6,587 nucleotides of DNA, from assembly GCF_006345805.1 (NCBI RefSeq), contig NW_021829316.1, positions 1 to 6,587 on the forward strand. The letters are read 5' to 3'. The translations under genes and the position numbers were made by a program. Below the pieces are notes generated by a model. That model did no database searches and was not told the origin of the DNA. It saw nothing but the letters and a program-made list of their open reading frames with translations. This document shows positions 1 through 6,371 of this stretch, in pieces. Source of the stretch: Octopus sinensis. Lineage: Eukaryota. Positions within the stretch are counted from its first letter, which is position 1. Each line of letters begins with the position of its first letter.

Positions 1-36
1 TAGCCGAATGCCCTAACCACTAAGCCACGCGCCCTC
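1..36 (-). mobile_element. 5' tRNA-like head of a SINE, cut by the window edge
   Basis: Minus strand reads GAGGGCGCGTGGCTTAGTGGTTAGGGCATTCGGCTA, with a Pol III box A (TGGCTTAGTGG, 27-17). Box B would lie outside the window, so a true tRNA gene cannot be formally excluded. Confidence 0.6.
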
Positions 37-323
37 ACACAAACCAGAATATAAATATTCGTAGGATATCAAATGTTGGTTATAATTAAGTTGAGATAGA
101 AAATATGCTCTGTACTTTCTGGAGATGCTTACTGTTTCCACGAATGAGAGATAAGTAAAGACACAGCCGTCAGGAGCATCACTGAACTGAACGAAGTAAC
201 TATCGCCCATCTCCGCTGCCACCAGAGTTACGTCCCTGTGCTTTACTATTTTGCTCTCTCCTTTCTCCTCATTCAAAGCTGTGACCAGGACTGTCGCGGC
301 TTTCAATGAGGTAATGATGTTTG

Positions 324-755
324 GGATCTTTTCGGTTTGAACGGCAGTTTTTCCTAGCGGTGTCATATGAAATTGTTACCCATAATTATGACCCTAGAAT
401 CGATCTATTGCATTTCAATCTCTTTTAGGGTTAGGGTTAGTTAGGGTTAGGGTTAGGGGTGGGGCAAGGGTATCTTTTTTTCTTCACAAATGTAAATAAA
501 CCCAATCTGTTTCTTAAACGAAGGACATATTCATACGGCACAGAATGCTTATTAATTCAATAGACGTCACTGATTGGTTGAAATTGCAGAAATTGAAGAA
601 AAAAAAACAACAAATATCTTACAAACTATAGAATTTTCTCAATAAAGCCAAGAGAAAAAGAGGTTTTATAAACACATTCTACCAGTATACGAAGCTTAAA
701 ACTTTTAGTTACATAGAAATTATGCTAAAAACTGCCGGTCAAACCGAAAAGATCC
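324..755. mobile_element. Non-autonomous DNA transposon (MITE), 432 bp, 29-bp TIRs, 8-bp TSD; Merlin- or MULE-like termini
   Basis: Left TIR 324-352 GGATCTTTTCGGTTTGAACGGCAGTTTTT matches the reverse complement of right TIR 727-755 AAAAACTGCCGGTCAAACCGAAAAGATCC at 28/29. Identical flanking direct repeat GATGTTTG at 316-323 and 756-763. No coding capacity. The superfamily is inferred only from the 5'-GG termini plus the 8-bp TSD. Confidence 0.9.
425..458 (+). repeat. Telomere-type (TTAGGG)n tract inside the MITE
   Basis: TTAGGG TTAGGG TTAG TTAGGG TTAGGG TTAGGG, followed by further G-runs to 470. Confidence 0.85.
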
Positions 756-915
756 GATGTTTGTGCTGGTGTCTTGTTTTCCTGAACAATCTGCACGATA
801 ATAGCTATTATTCCAGTGAAAATGGTTTATGCAGAGTCAGTCCCACTTTCTCGCCCTTTAAACTTGTATTTGTCTGGGACAACAAATGCCACGAATCTTG
901 TAGGATTTGTACAGA

Positions 916-1246
916 GTTGCCTTCTCAACCATTTTTTTTCTTTTTTGCCTATGGAGACCTTTGATTAATATTTTTTTTCTGCCATTCGATTTTTAAAAAC
1001 TAGTTTTATAGAAACTTCTTTCAAACTCCCTATTTTGATTTTTAAACATTAACTTGTGTAGGTTGAACTATGAAAAATTTTTGAGAAAGAAAGCTAGCTA
1101 TTTCTTGTAATATATACCAAAGCAACATTTTTCAGGGGCCCTTACAAGATTATTGTTGATTCCCAATTCACTGTTTTATTGTACAGACCTCCAAAAGTTT
1201 TACATGGACCCAAAGGGGATATATGAACATCGGTTGAGCATCACTG
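916..1246 (+). mobile_element. Degenerate copy of the hAT-type MITE family also present at 3463-3801
   Basis: Right TIR GGTTGAGCATCACTG (1232-1246). Left end eroded (...TTCTCAACC to 930). Identical blocks shared with the second copy: TTCTCAACCATTTTTTTT (922-939 = 3469-3486) and CTAGTTTTATAGA (1000-1012 = 3554-3566). No TSD recognisable, and the left boundary is approximate. Confidence 0.7.
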
Positions 1247-2038
1247 TTTTAGATAAACAGCTAAAGAGCTAAAAGGCTTCATTTTCCCTTGGGTCAGTTG
1301 TGGTGCCCGTGAGCGACCTTCTCCCAGAAGAATTACCGTGACCTTCTAATTGATTCTTAGCTAGGATCTTGGCAGGTGGTACTAGTCTGGGTCACACTAG
1401 ATCTGGGGTAAATTAGTGGCTAAGAGGTGGCTGGTTTGAAACTTCAAACACGCGAACTCCTAAATCAGGGCACCAATACCGGATGCACTTTAAAATCGTA
1501 ACCAGGGAAAAAATTACAAATTTAAATAAGAAGCTGTACAAAAACATTAAACAACCAAAAAAGTATAACGAAAAATTCTCATCCAAACTTGGGTACAGCT
1601 AGAGATAAATGCAAAAACATGCTATTAAATTCAATAAATGTGCAGAAGAGAATATTTTAGAATAAGAATTAGAATGCAAATTGTTATAATGTAATATTAA
1701 ATTGGATTTAAATAAACAAGGGGGGGAAAGGGGCCGTCAAGATAAAAATGTACGAAGGCACCAGTTTAGTTAAAGCAATGTATATGATTGTATAATCTCG
1801 AAGAATTATTGAGAATACAAATAAATAATCAGTTGAATTAACGATGGTGGAAAACAAATTGTTATAAAATTAAACTACGGTAACATCAAATTAATGAAGC
1901 TTTCATAATTTGATGGTTAAACAGGAATTTCTACGTTGTTAATTTGATATGTAAATGAAAATAATAACTGGAGGGGCGAAGGAAAATTGAGTCTAGATAT
2001 TTAAACAATTGAATGATTGAATTGAATGCGGAACTCTA

Positions 2039-2055
2039 TAATAATAATAATAATG

Positions 2056-2130
<75 letters not shown>

Positions 2131-2175
2131 TAATAATAATAATAATGATAATAATCATGATAATAATAATGATAA
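2039..2175. repeat. (AAT)n microsatellite
   Basis: Long TAA/AAT run with occasional GAT/CAT interruptions. Confidence 0.95.
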
Positions 2176-2694
2176 AACTGTTCTGCGTTTCACATCTTAT
2201 TGGATTGTGTCTGTTAAGGAATGACTTATTTCAAGAAATGTACTTTTAACTGTTTGCAGCAATGAACTACGCATTGAATATGCGTTTTATCTAGGTGAAA
2301 ATAAAATGGAATTTAATTTATGTAATATAATATAATATTAAAAAAATAAGATAAGGAACAATGTACTGACATATTAGAGCAAGAATGCGGGTGTATGTTC
2401 AATAAAATATTACCTGCTTCCTAAAAAAAAAAAAAATTAATAGTTTTGAAGTGTTTTAATATTTTAAAATATGTGCGTTTTATAGTCATATTTTTGCTTT
2501 ATATGCAGTGTTTTTTCTTTATTGTACACCTCACTAAGTTTAAGGTTTATTTCAACGAACATTAAGAAGCACTATTCTGCCAAATATATTGATTTTCCGG
2601 GAAGTTTCGGTTGCGTTTTTCAAACATCTCCATATAAACATTTTTTTGTTTTTTGACGTACAGTACATTTTGCTGAATATCTTTGTATATAAAT

Positions 2695-2858
2695 GCAAGC
2701 ATGGCAGCGTGGTTAAGAGGCTTGCTTTGCAACCATTGTGGGTTTCGGATTCCATTCCGCTGTGCACCAACTTAGGCAAGTATATCCTTCGTAGTACCAC
2801 ATAGACCAATACCTTGTGAATTAAATTGATAGTCAGAAGATCTGCGGAAGACTGTCGT
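2695..2858 (+). mobile_element. Diverged tRNA-derived SINE (head + body), running into a microsatellite
   Basis: Box A-like TGGCAGCGTGG (2702-2712) followed by TTAAG, a degenerate box B GGATTCCATTCC (2747-2758), then CTTAGGCAAGT. It aligns with the reverse complement of the units at 5522-6454. Boundaries approximate. Confidence 0.7.
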
Positions 2859-2859
2859 G

Positions 2860-3330
2860 CACATACATACATACATACATACATACATACATACATACAT
2901 ACATACATACATGCATACATACATGCATACATACATGCATACATACATGCATAAATGCATACATACATACATGCATACATGCATACATACATATATACAT
3001 GCATACATACATACATACATACATGCATGCATACATACATCATACATACATGCATACATACATGCATACATACATACATACATACATACATGCATACATG
3101 CATACATGCATACATACATACATGCATACATACATGCATACATACATACATACATGCATACATGCATACATGCATACATACATGCATACATACATACATA
3201 CATGCATACATACATACATGCATACATACATGCATGCATACATACATTCATACATACATACATACATACATACATACATACATACATACAACATACATAC
3301 ATGCATGCATGCATGCGTATGTGTGTGTGT
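2860..3330. repeat. Expanded (CATA)n/(CATG)n tetranucleotide array ending in (TG)n
   Basis: About 460 bp of CATA units with interspersed CATG units, then GTGTGTGTGT at 3321-3330. This array produces all the MYVC/HTYI ORFs. Confidence 0.95.
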
Positions 3331-3462
3331 AAATTCCCTGTTTACAAAAGCTTCCACTTTATATATTCCGATCACAATAAACAAATTTATTAGAAAAATC
3401 CAGACACACATGGATAAAACCAGTTACGATATGTAAGTTAAAACGATTTCATCCATTTAAAT

Positions 3463-3801
3463 CAGGGGTTCTCAACCATTTTTTTTACCTATGGACCTCT
3501 TCGATTGCCATTCTATTTTGGTTGACCCTCCATAGCCATTCAATATTTAAAAGCTAGTTTTATAGACTATTCTTTCAAAATTCCTATTTTATATTCCACA
3601 CATCAACTCGTGTGGCTGGGGCAATCTATAATACGAAAGAAACCTAGCTGTTTCTTGCAATACATACTAACACATTCATCTAAAGCAAAATTTTCTAAAA
3701 ATAGTATTGTGAATCCCCAATTTATTATTTTGTTGCGTGGACCACTAAAAATCTTATATGGTTCCTCAAGGGGCCATAAGGACCCTGGCTGAGAATCACT
3801 G
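3463..3801 (+). mobile_element. hAT-superfamily (Charlie/Buster-like) MITE, 339 bp
   Basis: TIRs CAGGGGTTCTCAACC (3463-3477) and GGCTGAGAATCACTG (3787-3801), 12/15 complementary. Perfect 8-bp TSD ATTTAAAT at 3455-3462 and 3802-3809, with the central TA typical of Charlie/Buster targets. Confidence 0.9.
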
Positions 3802-3918
3802 ATTTAAATGACACGTCATACTTGTTTATGTCAATCCTTTTTTTAATTGCATTTTCACCTATTTTCTGTTCGTATAACACAACCTGTACAAAAACTTTAT
3901 TTATATTATTTACATTAT

Positions 3919-4131
3919 AGGCGTAGGAGTGTGTGTGTCTGTGTTTGCTCCCCCAACATCGCTTGACAACCGATGCTGGTGTGTTTACATTCCCGTAACT
4001 TAGCGGTTCGGTAAAAGAGACTGATAGAATAAGTACTAGGCTTACAAAGAATAAGTCCTGGGGTTGATGTGCTCGACTAAAGGCACTGCTCCAGCATGAC
4101 CACAATCAAATGACTGAAACAAGTAAAAGAG
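3919..4131 (+). mobile_element. Internally deleted SINE: 13-nt head start fused to (TG)n and the 3' half
   Basis: AGGCGTAGGAGTG joins directly to TGTGTGTCTGTGTTTG...GCTTGACAACCGATGCTGGTGTG...TGACTGAAACAAGTAAAAGAG. It sits as a discrete block inside the tail of the left arm. Family identity is recognised from memory of octopus repeats, not verified. Confidence 0.6.
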
Positions 4132-4170
4132 TACATTTGACGAATATTTGTCCGTATCTTGTTTATTGTT

Positions 4171-4216
4171 AACACAACGTTTCGGCAGTTATACCCACCA
4201 GCCTTCATCAGGTGTC
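4171..4216 (-). ncRNA. Minimal type I hammerhead ribozyme motif (Penelope-like), intact catalytic core
   Basis: Minus strand: GACAC (stem I) CTGATGA A GGCTG-gtgggtataa-CTGCC (stem II, one U-U mismatch) GAAAC GTT ^ GTGTT (stem I'). Stem III is the loop-less palindrome ACGT and the cleavage triplet is GUU. Activity is untested. Confidence 0.7.
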
Positions 4217-4263
4217 TTGGGGAAATTGCGAACCTGGGTTCTCATTCCTAAGGTATTTTTCGA

Positions 4264-4265
<2 letters not shown>

Positions 4266-4324
<59 letters not shown>

Positions 4325-4349
4325 GTTATTATTATTATTATCATTATTA

Positions 4350-4386
<37 letters not shown>
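4266..4386. repeat. (ATT)n microsatellite forming the spacer of the fold-back
   Basis: About 40 ATT units with a few GTT/ATC variants. Confidence 0.95.
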
Positions 4387-4387
<1 letters not shown>

Positions 4388-4579
4388 ACATCAAAAAATA
4401 CCTTAGCAATGAGAACCCAGGTTTGAAATTTACCCAAGATACCTGATAAAGGCTGGAGGGCATATCAGCCGAAACGTTGTGTTAACAACAAACAAGATGA
4501 GGACAAATATACGTCAAACGTAAATAATGTAAATGATGTAAATAATGTACATAATTGCTCATTTATTAAATATAAAACT
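4385..4579 (+). mobile_element. Right arm of fold-back: 3' part of the same retroelement with a hammerhead motif and 9-mer tandem tail
   Basis: Inverted copy of 4133-4269, continuing into TAAATAATG TAAATGATG TAAATAATG (4521-4547) and an AT-rich end. The right boundary is approximate. Confidence 0.75.
4438..4483 (+). ncRNA. Hammerhead ribozyme motif with a core mutation (CUGAUAA, G8A), probably impaired
   Basis: GATAC CTGATAA A GGCTG-gagggcatat-CAGCC GAAAC GTT ^ GTGTT. Stem II is perfect, but the core G8 is changed to A at 4448. Confidence 0.55.
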
Positions 4580-4750
4580 ATACAGAAACCTCTTACTATT
4601 TTTTTTATTGTGTTTGTGTGTGTGTGTGGGGGGGTGTTAAATATTAATCTCACAATCAGAGGGAAAACGTTAAGATTTGCTGGGTATTTCCTGTTTTAGC
4701 AAAATATTGGTTTCAGATTTTGGCACGTGTTCAACAATTTGGTCGACAAC

Positions 4751-4855
4751 TTCGTGTTATAGATTGCCCCAGCCGGGGCGGTGTGTTGTGTTCTGGCGCA
4801 AAAAACACTTCATTCAATCTTTTTCCAGTTCTCTGAGCTGTAAATGAGTAACCCA
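4751..4855 (+). mobile_element. Heavily decayed SINE remnant (T-arm region + central domain)
   Basis: GGTGTGTTGTGTTCTGGCGCAAAAAACACTTCATT...CCAGTTCTCTGAGCTGTAAATGAGT resembles the GTTGTGTCCTTGAGCAAGACACTT-type central domain of animal tRNA-SINEs. Recognition is from memory. Confidence 0.45.
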
Positions 4856-4884
4856 TGAGTGAACTGATGTCACGTTTCGGTGGA

Positions 4885-4903
4885 GTGGTGGTGGTGGTGG
4901 TGG
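4885..4903. repeat. Short (GTG)n microsatellite
   Basis: Six GTG units plus G. Confidence 0.7.
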
Positions 4904-4985
4904 CGGGGAGAGAATATAGTTATCTCGGTCACTTATGCACCGCAGAAACTGGGAAAAACCAGGAGTCGAGATAGCAATGTCTAGG

Positions 4986-4986
<1 letters not shown>

Positions 4987-5058
<72 letters not shown>

Positions 5059-5065
5059 CATGATC

Positions 5066-5097
<32 letters not shown>

Positions 5098-5288
5098 CAT
5101 GATCATGATGATGATCATGATCATGGTGACGATGACGATGATGATGATGATGATGACGATGATGACGATGACGATGACGATGATGATGATGCCGATGATA
5201 ATGATGACGATGATGATGACGATGATGATGATAATGACTACGACAATGATGATGATGACGACGACGACGACGACGTTTATGATGATGT
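4987..5288. repeat. Compound trinucleotide array (GCT)10 then (GAT/CAT/GAC)n
   Basis: Ten GCT units (4987-5016) in phase with about 90 GAT-type units. Confidence 0.95.
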
Positions 5289-5834
5289 CTTAAAACAGTA
5301 TTTATACATTGGACACGTACATTAAATGAACAAATATATTAAATAGATCTCCGTCACGTTCGACTATCGGTATTTAGTTATTCGATCAACCGAACAGTCG
5401 GTCCCTTCCTTTGAATCAGACGCGTGTAGTGAGTACCCTTAAAGTAATTCTAGTGTAGAATCAGCGTTAGACAGAGTGTAATACGGAGGGAGCTTTAAAT
5501 TAAGTGTACAATCCATTCTGCAAGCTTCCAAGCTATTTCTGTTCACCCACGTTTATTCATAAGAAATAGGTCGATAGACACCATGATAAAAACAGGGAGC
5601 TACGCAGTGAGATCGATCTCAAGCATTCGTAATTGCGAAGCAAGTCTCTTAACTACACAAAATAAGCTTCCAAACTGTTTTTATCAACCCGCTTTCATTC
5701 ATAAGACGTAAGTCGACTCGAAGCAATCATAAAAACACACTTGCTCAAGATGTCACGCAGCGGGATCGATCCCGAGATTTCGAAATTGTAAAGTAAACCT
5801 CTTAACTACTCAGAATAAGTCTCCAAACTGTTTC

Positions 5835-6255
5835 GTATTTCTTTATTGCCCACAAGGGGCTAAACATAGAGGAGACAAACAAGGACAGACACATGGATTA
5901 TGTCGATTATATCGACCCCAGTGCATAACTGGTACTTATTTAATCGACCCCAAAAGGATGAAAGGCAAGGTCGACCTCGGCGGAATTTGAACTCAGAACG
6001 TAGTGGCAGACGAAATTCCTATTTCTTTATTGTCTACAAGGGGCTAAACATAGAGGGGACAAACAAGGACAGACAAACGGATAAAGTCGATTACATCGAC
6101 CCCAGTGTGTAACTGGTATTTAATTTATCAACCTCAAAAGGTTGAAAGGCAAAGTCGACCTCGGCGGATTTTGACACTCAGAACGTAACGGCAGACGAAA
6201 TACCGCTAAGAATTTCGCCCGGCGTGCTAACGATTCTGCCAGCTCGCCGCCTTTA
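5835..6255 (-). mobile_element. tRNA-derived SINE with a tandemly duplicated ~185-bp body, flanked by a 13-bp TSD
   Basis: TSD TCCAAACTGTTTC at 5822-5834 and 6256-6268 (13/13). Box A-like TGGCAGAATCG (6241-6231). Box B-like GTTCAAATTCC (5992-5982), degenerate at 6177-6166. Bodies 5836-6019 and 6020-6204 differ by about 21 substitutions and 1 indel (manual count). Confidence 0.85.
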
Positions 6256-6346
6256 TCCAAACTGTTTCTGTCAACCCACTTTCTCTCACAAGGGGCAGTG
6301 ACCGATTGGAAACCAAAATAAAATATATATAAAAAAATTAAATCAC

Positions 6347-6371
6347 AAAAAAAAAAAAAAAAAAAAAAAAA
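6347..6371. repeat. Poly(A) run (25 nt) inside tandem unit 3
   Basis: 25 consecutive A, preceded by an A/T-rich stretch from about 6310. Confidence 0.9.

Larger units (their letters stand above)
3900..4269 (-). mobile_element. Left arm of fold-back: 3' part of a Penelope-like/SINE retroelement with a hammerhead motif; tail interrupted by a SINE at 3919-4131
   Basis: 4133-4269 is the reverse complement of 4385-4521 (121/137, no gaps). The 9-mer tail units TTTA(C/T)ATTA at 3900-3917 match the reverse complement of the right-arm tail (TAAATAATG units, 4521-4547). Confidence 0.75.

Noticed and set aside
279-310. Possible plus-strand micro-exon (pyrimidine tract, AAG acceptor, GAG|GTAATG donor)
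   Set aside because: Such signals occur often by chance and there is no transcript evidence.
13-366. 117-aa ORF as annotated, with faint cadherin-like wording
   Set aside because: Its ATG and first 14 codons lie inside the MITE and its end lies in a SINE head. It lacks cadherin LDRE/DxND motifs.
425-458. True telomere or chromosome end
   Set aside because: The tract is short, interrupted and enclosed within a TIR/TSD-bounded MITE.
1301-1503. More GC-rich segment with a short inverted repeat (TGGTGCCC/GGGCACCA) and an LTR-like end CGTAACC
   Set aside because: No matching LTR start, TSD or second copy, so it cannot be classified.
1884-1915. 14-bp imperfect hairpin CATCAAATT-A-ATGAA/TTCAT-AATTTGATG
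   Set aside because: AT-rich, too short for a pre-miRNA, and without supporting context.
2013-2249. 78-aa poly-Asn/poly-Ile ORF
   Set aside because: Read-through of the (AAT)n microsatellite.
2595-2603. STAT-like site TTCCGGGAA
   Set aside because: A single short motif with no gene context.
2695-2775. Functional tRNA gene
   Set aside because: Box B is degenerate, no clean cloverleaf can be drawn, and it continues into a SINE body and microsatellite.
2552-3436. Seven long overlapping ORFs (MYVC..., HTYI...) on both strands
   Set aside because: They are translations of the (CATA/CATG)n array, which lacks stops in most frames.
4148-4437. Two poly-Ile ORFs on opposite strands with similar ends
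   Set aside because: Artefact of the (ATT)n spacer and the inverted arms.
5018-5293. 91-aa poly-Met ORF
   Set aside because: Read-through of (GAT)n.
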